Assembly (NCBI GenBank): GCA_964187785.1
Contig: OZ076409.1
Span: forward strand, 63,676,001-63,740,000
Direction: 5' to 3'
DNA length: 64,000 bases
DNA from: Amphiscolops sp. MND2022
Taxonomy: Eukaryota
Under the pieces are notes generated by a model, which saw only the letters and a list, made by a program, of their open reading frames with translations, searched no databases and had not been told where the DNA came from. Below are positions 50,701-61,130 of the stretch, piece by piece; positions within the stretch are counted from its first letter, which is position 1; each line of letters begins with the position of its first letter. The translations under genes and the position numbers were made by a program.

Positions 50701-51998
50701 CTTTGAATGGTCGCTCATTTGTGATGAGTTCTTTCCAGTGAAGTTGGAATTCTTCTATCACCTTATTAGTGATTGTTAGTTTGTTTTGATAGCCTGGGGT
50801 TCTTCTTTTGGACCATTACACCTAAGTATCTTGTGTTTTAGACAACTCTAGCTTCTCTTCCAACTTACACAAGAGACGTGATTCTTGCTTCTATCTTTGT
50901 GGGGAAGTTGCCCGTTACGTCTACAGGCTGTGCTTCCGGTGTTATGCTCCTGATACCATCCCTCTCGAAAATTCATGGTTCTTGCTTCTAAACTTCCAAA
51001 CCAGTGAGGGGGCATTTCTCCCAGTTGATGAGTTCCTCACTCGGCTGAACATGAAGAACAAAGTTGCCAAGGCCAGTAGGCAAAAATCGGAAGGCATCCA
51101 TTCTGGAAAGAAATCTGACAGGGCCGCAGTGCAGAAGACCGCAGAAACCATCAAGAATGATTTCGTCCGAGATTGCCAAAATTTCATCCAGTTCCTGATA
51201 GGGGGTGTTCTCCACCAGGCCGGACTCTGCTCTAATCTTGTTCGTGGCCTTGCTGCTTTTGACCCTTATATAATGGTAAAAAGGCCCACTGAAGTAGCGC
51301 TACGTCACTTCGACTTATTATATCGGACCTTTCAGCTCAGGTCTTGGGTCAGTCTAGCAAATGAGTCTGCCTGTCGGGACGAGTACGTGGAGTTATTGGA
51401 CCACCTCAAGGCTTCTTCTCTTCCTTCATTCGATGTTAGCCAGGGATCACCGGATCTTATAGATTTTCTTGTCAATCTTGACTTTATGCAGGAGCATAGT
51501 CGTCTGTTATATCTATTCAAGTTGAGTTGTTTATGCATTACGTCTGAAAGTCCTCAATACCCAACAGTACGTATTGGAACTGCCAACACTACAAGTCATC
51601 AGAACAGACTCACAGACGTGGTTTTACCCGTCCAGAGCTATCTGTCAGGGGTTCCGGACTCCACTGCCTTCTGTACCAGTGATTCTAGTTTGGCTAAGTT
51701 TTCTTTGCTTTCTGCCTCCTTCAGTCAAACTGTTTCATCCGCCTCATACGACCCCTGGACTTCCGTTGACGAGTTTGGTAGGAATCGAATTTACAAGTCC
51801 CTTCTTACGTCATATCGTTCTGCCCTTTCTGGATTAGGTGGAGTGGGCCTCGATGAGACAACGTCTTCCAGTGTTGGTGATATGCCTGCAGTAGTCCCGC
51901 CCGGTGACCGTAAACGGAAGCGCATGGAGAGGAGCAGATCCCGCTCGAGAGCCTCATCCGTCGCCAAAGAGTCTCCTGCCGGTTGTTCTAATTACTAA
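47704..51998 (+). pseudogene. Antisense spliced accessory gene of B (about 1257 aa, one in-frame TGA at 49514-49516). Predicted exons 47704-47719, 47925-49822, 49901-50386, 50478-50612, 50693-50774, 50842-51998
   Basis: All junctions GT-AG and in frame; peptides align with A across junctions (ERMT/AIF vs ERLS/VLF; TLPALCQEL vs TLPTLCQEL; D-Y-NSSF vs D-Y-TTSF); finger WCHICKKNFSIRSKGTMEILRHHRTEKH. First mini-exon less certain (alternative ATG at 47873). Confidence 0.82.
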
Positions 51999-52236
51999 TT
52001 GTACATATGTATTTATGTACACTATGAACTTGTAAACTTTGTTGATTTTCTGTTTCATTGCCATATTTATATTTCCATTCTGTTTCCTCATTGTTTGTAT
52101 CTTTCACCCCCGTATTTATTTTGAAAGGGGTCCTTCATTCGTCCCATTATTTATCCAAAAAATGCCAAAGGGACTGAAAAAAAAACGGAAAAGAGATAGT
52201 AAGAAAGAACTCCCATTTTCGGGAAGAATTCAATCT

Positions 52237-55200
52237 TTAGTATCTGAAGTCTTCTGAGTAGTTTGGATTAGGGTTAGGCCTGAGATTATATTTCCCTCCT
52301 CTAGAGCTCAGACTTTCATTTCTAGCGTCGCTTTCAGATATTTCGGGCACGATAATATCATCCCCCCTTTTTGGAGAGGTTTGTGCATCGTTTTCATCCA
52401 TCGAATTTCTTTCTGAAAAAATTTCGTCATTTTCCGGCCCAGCTGCCGTATTCGGCAAAGAATTTTCTTGGTTTTTTGGGAAAACGGCCGGATTCGGCCA
52501 ATCAGATTTGGTATTTTCTGTCACTGCGGTAGCTTTATTTCTTTTAGTGACGTCATCATTCAATCGTTCATCTCGGCTGTGCGACGCACGATCGGTAAGA
52601 TTTGATTCGTCACTCGTGATTACATAATCCACTTCATTCTCGCTTGCGTCACTTGCATTCGCTTCTGCCGTACTCGGCTGTTCGTCATTCGTCAAGCTGG
52701 CCGGAATAGGCTCGCTGCCTCGTGTATCTAGCTGTTCGCCAAAGTTTGTTTCCCACGTTATTACATACAAGTCGTCTTGCGGAATGATTATTTCGTTATC
52801 CGGCTGTAGACGCTGTTCTCGGAAATTGTCTTCAAGTGGCTGATTTGGAACAAACTTTTTGAGACGAATTCGATGCAAGATCTGCGTTTTATTTGTATTA
52901 AGCCTGCGGACAATGTAATTCTCATTAGGTAAGGTCTTCTGGACTATAAATGGTCCAACCCAGCGATAATCCCTGAATGGAATTTTTGATCCTTGATGAT
53001 CCGCCTTCGGTTGTAATACAAAACAGTAATCGCCCTCTTTGAGTGGGGCGGCTTTTGCTTTTCGGTCGTAATACTCCTTATATTTGATATATGACTGCAT
53101 GATGTTCTGCTTTGTTTTGTCAATAAGGAGTTTGGTCCGGTTCTGGATTTCTTCTGCGAATTCAGTAGTCGGATGGATTGGTTCATTTGGATTCATTCCA
53201 AGTTTGTGATCCAAGATGTTGTATGGGATTCTCCCATGGAACACTCTTGTGGGTTCGCATCCGATACTGGTATGATAACTAGTGTTATGATTGAGAACTG
53301 CTAAAGGCAAATATTTATGCCATTGTCGGCGATATTCCCCACATGCCATTTTCAGGTTCGTTTTCAATGAGGCATGTGTTCGCTCTAATTTTCCGATAGT
53401 TTGCGGGTGTTTCGTCGTTGCACATTTTAGGGTAATGCCTAAAATCTGTGTAATTTCCGCAATGATCGTGGAAGTAAAGGCAGTTCCTTTGTCCGTAATT
53501 AGCGTCGTCGGTAGGTAAGAATGTTTGGTCATAATATCTATGATTGCTTTAGCTACATTGATCGCTGATGCGTCCGTAAGAGGATAAGCAAACAAGTATC
53601 GAGAGAAGACATCAATTGCGGTTAAAATATTTTCGTATCCTCCACTTGGGGGAAGATTCGGCAATAAGTCGATTTGCATGGCGTCTTCGGGTCCAAGGTC
53701 CCATTCCGGCAAGTTAAGTAGTTCAGGCGTGATTGTTGCGTTTGGGACTCGTTTGTATTTTGCACATTGTTCACACCCTTCTACCCACGTTTTGACATAT
53801 TTTGCCATGTTAGGGTAATAATACCTTTGTCTGGTTTCCTGCAACATTTTTGAAATTCCGGGATGTCTATGCGCTGTCCCGTGAAGGGAGTGGAGCAATT
53901 CCCGAAGTAGGTGTTGCGGGAGCAAAATTTGATGGTATTTAACATTCCCTGTTTCATCAAAATATTGCCTTGTCAGGATTTCGTCCTTTAGTACAATTCG
54001 TTCCAGATTATTTGCATAATGTCTATATCGGGCATCCTGTTGCAGTATGTTTTCTGAATAGTCTTCATGAAGGAGCTTTGCCTTCAATTGTTGCAATACT
54101 GCATCTTTGGACTGCTCGATGATTATCTGGTTTGTTTTCTTTAATCGGACTTGAATGTCTGGTTGTTGTTTGACCAGGTTGGTTGACAGAGTTTCTATGG
54201 TAACAGTGGGTTCATCAATCATTGGATTTTTCCTGATTGCTTCTTTTCTTGCCCAATACTGTTCCTCTGTCTCGTCGTCATCATTCGTATAGAATATTTG
54301 TTCTTCCTGTGATACCCCTGCAGATTGAACATTGATTTCAATTGGTAGAGTTTGTACGTCCTCACGGATCTTCATGACTAATTTGTCCTTTGGATCTGCC
54401 TCTAATCGGGACAAATAGTCAGCTGCTGTGTTCTGTGCCCCCGGGATATGCGCTATGACAAAATTGAACTGAATCACATAATCGCATGCATTCCACAGGG
54501 CTGGGGGTATTATTTTCGTTTGAAAGAATCTTGTTACTGCTTTGTTATCGGTTAGGATTATGACCGGTTTGGGCGCTCCCCAGAAAATATGCCCAAATTC
54601 TTTGAATGCGAAATAAATCGCAAGAAATTCTTTTGCATAAATTGACATCTTTATCTGGGCTGGGGTGAAGGTTTTTGAACCATAAGCGACCGGTGCGTAT
54701 GATTTGCGGATTGACGTGAATTTCTGACTCGGGTCATCTTCAATGAGTATTGCGTATCCTGCAGCTCCGAAACTTGCATCTGTCATGAGTGCAATCTGCT
54801 TGTTAGGAATGGGTTGTTGTAAGGCTAAGTCGCAACATTTGTCCAGAGCTCGGTTGATTTCCTCAAATTGCTGTACTAATTCTCTTGACACTAGGACTTT
54901 TTCGTCACTTTTCAGCATCTTGTAGAATGGAGCAAGGCGTTCGGATAGTCTTGGGACATAATTCCTGTAGTAGTTCAAGAACCCCAAGTAGCGCTGCAAA
55001 GCCTTTTTCGACTTTGGGAATTTGGTCTTTTCCAGGAAGTTTTGCACGTTCTGCTTCTGGGGTTTGACGCCTTGCGGGGTAATAGTCCGTCCGAGGAAAT
55101 CAATTTCTTTTGCACCAAAGTGGCATTTGTGCATTGTCAACTTAAGGCCTGCTTCCTGAATGCATTTGAAGGTTGCTTTCAGGTTCATTATGAGGTGGTT

Positions 55201-57444
55201 AACATCATTGGCTGCGATGCCGATATCGTCCTCATACTGGGCGCACTGATCCGCTTTAATGACCTTGTCGAGGTATTCCCTCATGAAACTCGAGAATGCG
55301 GATAGTGACCGACTGAGGCTTTGTGCCAAACGTCTGTAGGCAAATGTGCGACTGGCAAAATTGAAAGCTAACATTTCGATTGAGCGTTGGTCAGCCATTG
55401 GTAGGCAGTGGTATGCCTGCGAACAGTCTAATTTACAGAACAGTTTTTTGCCTGCCAAGTGTTGGGCGGCATCAACTAGGGTGCTAACAGGGTGATTATT
55501 GTTTATATAATCATCCGAGATGAGGTTGTTGATTTTTCGCAAGTCAACCAAGAGTCGTAGCTTCCCATTTGGTTTCTTTTGGGCGAATATTGGGCTTGCA
55601 TACTTTGAGAACGGTAGGGTGGTAATGATGCCATATTTGTGTAACATGGCTAATTCGACTAAGATGTCTTCCTTCAAGTTGATAGGAGCCGGAAGACTTT
55701 GACTATAGGCTGGGGAATCGTCTTTTGGTGTCAGTTTCACCTTGAAGTCCTCGTTCATGCCAATATCAAATCGGTGTCGTGCAAAGATGTCATGGAATTC
55801 CACTAACAATTCCTCTATTTTCTCCTTCTCTTCAGGAGTAAGGGTGGAATCTTTCCAGTCAAAGTTTTCTAAGAATTTTGCACGTGATTCTGCGTCTGTG
55901 GTGGGGTCGAGTGTCTCCAGGTCCTGTAAGGCCTGTAACTCACGTAGGATCCGTTTTTGTATGGGTGTGTGTTCCTCAGGATTTCCAGGGTTTTCTGGAG
56001 TTGGGAACCAGTAATTTTCGGAGTTTTGTGGATTTCTATTGGTTTTGATGAGACTGCTGACATAATGGGCCGCTTGCTCCTGGTCATTCTGCAAAAGGTG
56101 CCAGGTTGATGCCGGGTCTACCGGTTTGACATACTTCATTTGTTCTGGCGTCATGACAGAGAAATTGGCAATATGTAGTCCCTTTTTGAGTTTATAAGGG
56201 TGGTCTGTGAAATTGTTCACTGGAATCAATATATTGCCGTCATTCAGAGTGACCGAGGCTGGGCAAAATGTAATGTCGCCTTCTTCATGTAGAAGGTCGC
56301 TCGGTTGCAAAATTCCAGTGACAGTATTCTCAGGGTACAGTAGGGAATTGGTCCTGATTAGGACTCTATCGTTTGGCGGAATGGTTATCTCAATGGGATT
56401 GAGAATTGGTTCTAAGACATTTGAGTATTTTTGGTCGGCTGTTTTTAGTTGCATTGAAAAGAACGGGAAGTTCAGGATTCCTTGTCTCATGTCCAGAACT
56501 GTATGGTTTCTCTGCAGGAACATCAGTCCAATGATCGGTCCTGTCAAATGTTCCATGACTATGAAAATCTCATGAAACTCAATATCACCAACTTCAAATT
56601 TGAGTTCTATGGTACTTTTAGGGGTTTCCAGTTGACCATTAGCGACCATTATTTGGAAATTCGGAGGTGCACCTTCTCGGATAACAGATTGTGGAGATAA
56701 AAGGCGGATTTTCCGGAGGTCCATTTCGGGTATTGCACTGGACAGCGCTCCAGTGTCTATTAGTCCATCAATGGTCAATTCCCCAAAGTCCATTGGGAAA
56801 TAAAGCATGCGTTTTTTGCATTTGAGGTTGATGTTGGTTGACAGGGGTATACAGTCTGGTTCACCATCTCTGGTGATGAGTACATTTTGGAATTGTTTTT
56901 CATCTAGTAATGATTGTGGCATGATTTCACCACTATTTTCAGTATTCTCGGTCCCCAGGGGGTTTGGGAACACCGGATGGCTTGTGCCATCATTCATTTG
57001 CCAGGTTTCAATCAATGCTCTAGTTTTCTTGTTGTGGGTGATTGGAGGATTTTCATGGGCTGATTTATTGTAGAGTTCGATATCATCAATGACGTATTGG
57101 AATTGTAGCAGATCTTGGTTGTAGAGTTCCGTGCCCCAATAGGGATCTCGTCCATAATCGGGGTCTATGTAGGTAGGGTTGTAATCGTCTACCAAGGGAA
57201 TGGGCCTGAATCGGCTATTGAAAGCAGATGTGTAATCAGGATCCCATACAGGAATTGGTTTTTGGAACAGATGGGTATTATTGTAAGTAATAATGGTAGC
57301 TTTTTCCATCTGCTGCTGCCAGACAACAGAAGGATAGCCCATCAATTGTTGGTTGTATTGGTGGAAAGTTTGCGTTGGAGGGTCCGATCTGATGTATTGT
57401 CGGACAGAGACTAGTTGGTCATAGTGGAGTCGTGGCGAAGCTAG
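52237..57444 (-). CDS. pol: Pol of B (PR, dUTPase-like, RT, RNase H, IN), expressed by -1 frameshift; RT motif reads YEDD
   Basis: Frame open from the slippery site to the stop at 52237; LIDTGA, TDAS, HHCC/DDE and GPF motifs; strongly similar to A Pol. Confidence 0.93.
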   Translation of the reverse strand, partial: LASPRLHYDQLVSVRQYIRSDPPTQTFHQYNQQLMGYPSVVWQQQMEKATIITYNNTHLFQKPIPVWDPDYTSAFNSRFRPIPLVDDYNPTYIDPDYGRDPYWGTELYNQDLLQFQYVIDDIELYNKSAHENPPITHNKKTRALIETWQMNDGTSHPVFPNPLGTENTENSGEIMPQSLLDEKQFQNVLITRDGEPDCIPLSTNINLKCKKRMLYFPMDFGELTIDGLIDTGALSSAIPEMDLRKIRLLSPQSVIREGAPPNFQIMVANGQLETPKSTIELKFEVGDIEFHEIFIVMEHLTGPIIGLMFLQRNHTVLDMRQGILNFPFFSMQLKTADQKYSNVLEPILNPIEITIPPNDRVLIRTNSLLYPENTVTGILQPSDLLHEEGDITFCPASVTLNDGNILIPVNNFTDHPYKLKKGLHIANFSVMTPEQMKYVKPVDPASTWHLLQNDQEQAAHYVSSLIKTNRNPQNSENYWFPTPENPGNPEEHTPIQKRILRELQALQDLETLDPTTDAESRAKFLENFDWKDSTLTPEEKEKIEELLVEFHDIFARHRFDIGMNEDFKVKLTPKDDSPAYSQSLPAPINLKEDILVELAMLHKYGIITTLPFSKYASPIFAQKKPNGKLRLLVDLRKINNLISDDYINNNHPVSTLVDAAQHLAGKKLFCKLDCSQAYHCLPMADQRSIEMLAFNFASRTFAYRRLAQSLSRSLSAFSSFMREYLDKVIKADQCAQYEDDIGIAANDVNHLIMNLKATFKCIQEAGLKLTMHKCHFGAKEIDFLGRTITPQGVKPQKQNVQNFLEKTKFPKSKKALQRYLGFLNYYRNYVPRLSERLAPFYKMLKSDEKVLVSRELVQQFEEINRALDKCCDLALQQPIPNKQIALMTDASFGAAGYAILIEDDPSQKFTSIRKSYAPVAYGSKTFTPAQIKMSIYAKEFLAIYFAFKEFGHIFWGAPKPVIILTDNKAVTRFFQTKIIPPALWNACDYVIQFNFVIAHIPGAQNTAADYLSRLEADPKDKLVMKIREDVQTLPIEINVQSAGVSQEEQIFYTNDDDETEEQYWARKEAIRKNPMIDEPTVTIETLSTNLVKQQPDIQVRLKKTNQIIIEQSKDAVLQQLKAKLLHEDYSENILQQDARYRHYANNLERIVLKDEILTRQYFDETGNVKYHQILLPQHLLRELLHSLHGTAHRHPGISKMLQETRQRYYYPNMAKYVKTWVEGCEQCAKYKRVPNATITPELLNLPEWDLGPEDAMQIDLLPNLPPSGGYENILTAIDVFSRYLFAYPLTDASAINVAKAIIDIMTKHSYLPTTLITDKGTAFTSTIIAEITQILGITLKCATTKHPQTIGKLERTHASLKTNLKMACGEYRRQWHKYLPLAVLNHNTSYHTSIGCEPTRVFHGRIPYNILDHKLGMNPNEPIHPTTEFAEEIQNRTKLLIDKTKQNIMQSYIKYKEYYDRKAKAAPLKEGDYCFVLQPKADHQGSKIPFRDYRWVGPFIVQKTLPNENYIVRRLNTNKTQILHRIRLKKFVPNQPLEDNFREQRLQPDNEIIIPQDDLYVITWETNFGEQLDTRGSEPIPASLTNDEQPSTAEANASDASENEVDYVITSDESNLTDRASHSRDERLNDDVTKRNKATAVTENTKSDWPNPAVFPKNQENSLPNTAAGPENDEIFSERNSMDENDAQTSPKRGDDIIVPEISESDARNESLSSRGGKYNLRPNPNPNYSEDFRY

Positions 57445-59159
57445 TTTTTTGACTCATCATTGGAAGATGAGGCATGTGAGTTGGAAGATGTTGATTTGTT
57501 TTGTGGTTTCTGCGCCTTTGAGTTGGGTTTGTCGTCATTAGCGTCATCTGGTCTGGTGCGTTTGGGTTTGAGATGCGCACCAGCACCTTGCCAGCATCTT
57601 TCTTCCGGATGGTTCTTTTTACCACAAGTGCCACACTCCGGATACGTCTTTTTCTGAGTTTGTTTGCCTTGTTGGGCATCTTTTTCCTTTTTCTTCTTCA
57701 ATTTTTCACAGTCTTTGACCATATGGCCCTTCTCCTTGCAATAGTTGCAGGTGATGTCCGACATTTGCCCAGTAGTTAGAGGAGTCTTGGATTTTGTTGT
57801 CGGGGAGGTCATTGTGGCCATTGGTAGGTCGTCTGATTCTTCAAGGGCATTTAATTCTAACTCTCTCTCTAAATGAGCAACTATTTCGTCATAAGAGCCG
57901 TTTTCGAGTCTGGCCATGTTTACGGACCGCTTCAGTTTTGGTGGCAGTTTTGCGTAGAGCAAACTGTCAATCATTTTCTGTGCGTGATCTCCGAATGCTT
58001 TTTCTGCCCCTTGATTTAATTCTTCAAGGAAATCTGGCAGTTTCATCGTGTTGGGATCGAAGACTAGACGGTGCCATTTATGTTTGGCAGTTGCCTGTGA
58101 TTCAGGTTTGACGTATTTCCGTCTGAATATTACCAATACGTCTTCTAAAGTCTGTCTATTGCTCGAGCTGATGTTCCGGAAGGTTTGAAGAGCATTCTTC
58201 CTCAGCAGTGAGTGGAAGTGATTGATTTTCATCTGTTCCGTCATTTCCGGTTGCATCTTGATCATCGTGTGGAACAGGTCCTCGAACAGCTCGAATTTTT
58301 CACTCTTGCCATCAAAAGTCATTGTATTTGAATTGACTGGGCGTATAGTGAGTTGTTGGGCTGTCGGCCTATTCTGCATCGTTGTCAAGACATCTGCTAG
58401 TCGAGTAATAGGGTCAGTTTGAGTAGCCGGAGCATTTCTCTCTTGCGCTGGGATCGTCGTGTCAAGGTTAATATCCTCATAGGACCTGTCGAGATGGTTT
58501 CTGGATGAGATTCGTCCCGTGAGAAACTCAGGAACTTCGATTGGAGATTCGTTTTCTCCTGTCACCATGTCGTAAGCACGAGAGTTTGTGCTTGTGAGTC
58601 CGTCTTTGGAACGGTCATTGGTTTGTTTGTTCTTAGAATTGTTCCTAGGTTCTAAGTTTTGCAGTACTTCAGAATATCCTTCCGGTCTATCAGCCGGAAC
58701 GTTCCATCTCTCTCTGGTCAATTGTCCCGATCCAACCAAAACTGCATTTTGGATTTGAGGCAAAATTTGACTACTAATTGCCTCATTTATGGCCCTTTGA
58801 ATCTGAACACTGACGCTATTCATCATTTCATCCATCTCTCGAGATATACGTGAATTTAACTCACTCGACAATCTATTGATCTCAACGCTTGAACACTCCC
58901 TGATCGAATTATGGCCTAATTCGGTATTTGGACTTGGTCCGTTATTTCTTGGATTCGGGAACCCATTTTCATTTTCATCTCCAAATTCATCTCCAAACAA
59001 GCTTTCTGGCCTACCGGCTTGATTACTATTCACACTTTCGTTTCTCTCATTTCTTTCAAAATGGTTTTCACCTAACATAATGTCCAGGTTTTCAATATCT
59101 GATAACATGTCAAGTCCTCTAGACTTTCTTCCTTTCTTTTGATTTCTAGTGGTAGGCAT
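57441..59159 (-). CDS. gag: Gag of B (first 197 codons inside the LTR)
   Basis: Intact ORF from the ATG at 59159; capsid region nearly identical to A; knuckles CNYCKEKGHMVKDC and CGTCGKKNHPEERC. Confidence 0.95.
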   Translation of the reverse strand: MPTTRNQKKGRKSRGLDMLSDIENLDIMLGENHFERNERNESVNSNQAGRPESLFGDEFGDENENGFPNPRNNGPSPNTELGHNSIRECSSVEINRLSSELNSRISREMDEMMNSVSVQIQRAINEAISSQILPQIQNAVLVGSGQLTRERWNVPADRPEGYSEVLQNLEPRNNSKNKQTNDRSKDGLTSTNSRAYDMVTGENESPIEVPEFLTGRISSRNHLDRSYEDINLDTTIPAQERNAPATQTDPITRLADVLTTMQNRPTAQQLTIRPVNSNTMTFDGKSEKFELFEDLFHTMIKMQPEMTEQMKINHFHSLLRKNALQTFRNISSSNRQTLEDVLVIFRRKYVKPESQATAKHKWHRLVFDPNTMKLPDFLEELNQGAEKAFGDHAQKMIDSLLYAKLPPKLKRSVNMARLENGSYDEIVAHLERELELNALEESDDLPMATMTSPTTKSKTPLTTGQMSDITCNYCKEKGHMVKDCEKLKKKKEKDAQQGKQTQKKTYPECGTCGKKNHPEERCWQGAGAHLKPKRTRPDDANDDKPNSKAQKPQNKSTSSNSHASSSNDESKN

Positions 59160-60433
59160 CAAGACAGAACCGGGTTGAATAATTCAATTATTAAAACCGG
59201 AAAACTGACAAAAGTCGTTGTATTAATTCGATCTTTATCAAAGTGAGGGTATGAGATTAATGATCTTTCTACAAGAATATGGCTATATATACTCGTAAAA
59301 GGATGACACTCACATTCCATAAATTCTTTGATCAAGAAAAACATCACATGACTATGGCTTTAACAGGTCATTTGACAAATGCTATTTCCACGTTAGGTAA
59401 GTTATTCAGCACTTCAAAGCGGATACTTTAGGGTGATGTCCCGATTAGGGAAATTCCTAGTTTCGGGGTAGCCCTTAGGAATTCAACATCAAAGGAATGC
59501 TATTTAAAAGTATACACAAGCAGCACCTTCAAGTGTCGTGTTTACAAACATCATCAACATCATCCTGTCAACAAATACCAATGTCTATTGAAGGAATGCA
59601 AAAGGCATCTCTTTGGAACGTACTTGTGACACGCGCTACCACGCGCCTATTATTTAACGTAAGTGGGGACTAGATTAAATACTACATGATCAGTTCTGCT
59701 TAAAATACTACAGCACTATTAAAATAACACACTTTCTGGCAATGCCGAAAATGGACAAAATCCGGTTTACTAATACAGCACTATAATAAAAGAGGGCAAA
59801 AGCCTTATTCGGCTTTTGAGTGATCACTAAGTTTATTAGGCTCATTGCACGGTGTTGGTACTTTCATTCGTTATTAAGGGTACATTTGCAGTAATACACG
59901 ATTAGTACACTCAATTAACACACATATAAGCTATTCCAATGGAGTGGCCGGAACCGGCCGTTTGACTAAAAGGCACAATTATTGAGTCAATTGGCCATAC
60001 TCGGCCACTACATAATCGGAGTGGTATTACTTATAGAAAAGGAGCAACGTGATTGGTTAAGGAGTTGAGCTCAAGTGACGTCTCCGGAATAGGAGTTTCG
60101 TTCACTTGAACTCGTTTCCTTTCTACTGCACAGCTACATTGTCACGTATTACGTTTACAATAGCAACGCATCTTTCAATCTTCTGAAGTTACAAATACAC
60201 TATTTGAATCTTCAAATGTAACTTTTAACAGACTAATTTTACATGTGCAAGTATATATATATCGGAGCTAACAACATCAACAAATATAATACGTATTGAA
60301 TAACAAAACAGTATGAAAGTTCTAAGTTTGTAGGTTATTCCAATTCAATAAATGGGTAATGTTCCTGGTACAAATTCTTGTCCGGTTGCCGAGGTCGTCA
60401 CACTTGTACCGTCACAGGCGGCAGCCTGCGACA
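58568..60433 (-). repeat. 5' LTR of B (1866 bp), also serving as 3' LTR of the adjacent partial copy
   Basis: Followed on the minus strand by PBS TGGTGACAGGAG (58567-58556) and preceded by the accessory ORF of the next copy. Confidence 0.95.
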
Positions 60434-61130
60434 CTGCGGGAGCAATAAAAAGAAAACAGCCAGCATTGAGTCCGTTCTCGTACGCTTCCTTCCTAAGCCT
60501 GGTGATGTACTCGGGCTCATCTCTGGGTGTGGATCGCTGCATGTACCATTCCACCTTCTCGTTCTTGATCGAGTCTACTGAACGGCCGCAAACCATGCAT
60601 CCCGTATAAGGCACCACGCTAACATTTTGATAAGGCACTGTGTTTTGCACATGGTAGGACGCGTAAAACCCGCTCATTGGTGGTTGGACTAAAGGGGTAT
60701 CCTGACTTGGTCCTCTTTCGTGGTCCGGCGGCGACATCGGGGACTCTAGAATTGGTAAGATTGTATTGCAAAGTTCGATGCGTGACTTTTCCATCCTTTT
60801 AGGAGGGGCATAGCACCTTTCTAAGTCGAAGTACTTGTGATCCATTTTTGGCGTCTTCTCAGCACTTACACCTGATGTGCTTGGTCCAGTCACTGACGCA
60901 TCTTCTTCAGGTATCTCCGATGTCATTATCCTTCCCCCAATGAGCATAGGGCTAGATGTTACTTCTCTTTCTATCTGCGCTATCAGTTGTTCTGTATCGG
61001 TGGAACAATCCGTCTCCCAGTCTGACTCTTCGCTCTCACTACTCGATATGTAGATTACCGATTTCTCAGAGCCGTCTGAGTCAAATTCTTCTAAGTCGAA
61101 TAACTTCCTTGCGAGGTTGTATTTACTCAT
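60345..61130 (-). CDS. Second copy of the B sense accessory ORF (261 aa)
   Basis: One amino-acid difference (A/T) from 46000-46785. Confidence 0.88.
   Translation of the reverse strand: MSKYNLARKLFDLEEFDSDGSEKSVIYISSSESEESDWETDCSTDTEQLIAQIEREVTSSPMLIGGRIMTSEIPEEDASVTGPSTSGVSAEKTPKMDHKYFDLERCYAPPKRMEKSRIELCNTILPILESPMSPPDHERGPSQDTPLVQPPMSGFYASYHVQNTVPYQNVSVVPYTGCMVCGRSVDSIKNEKVEWYMQRSTPRDEPEYITRLRKEAYENGLNAGCFLFIAPAVSQAAACDGTSVTTSATGQEFVPGTLPIY

Larger units (their letters stand above)
44219..60433 (-). mobile_element. Giant Ty3/Gypsy LTR retrotransposon B (16,215 bp), same architecture as A
   Basis: LTRs 44219-46088 and 58568-60433, PBS, gag, open pol, antisense spliced gene, sense accessory ORF. 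No TSD pair is visible because the right LTR is followed by more internal sequence. Confidence 0.95.

Noticed and set aside
47704..51998. Antisense gene as a separately inserted DNA transposon or a captured host gene unique to one copy
   Set aside because: Same position, orientation and intron pattern in two divergent elements; no TIRs or TSD seen.
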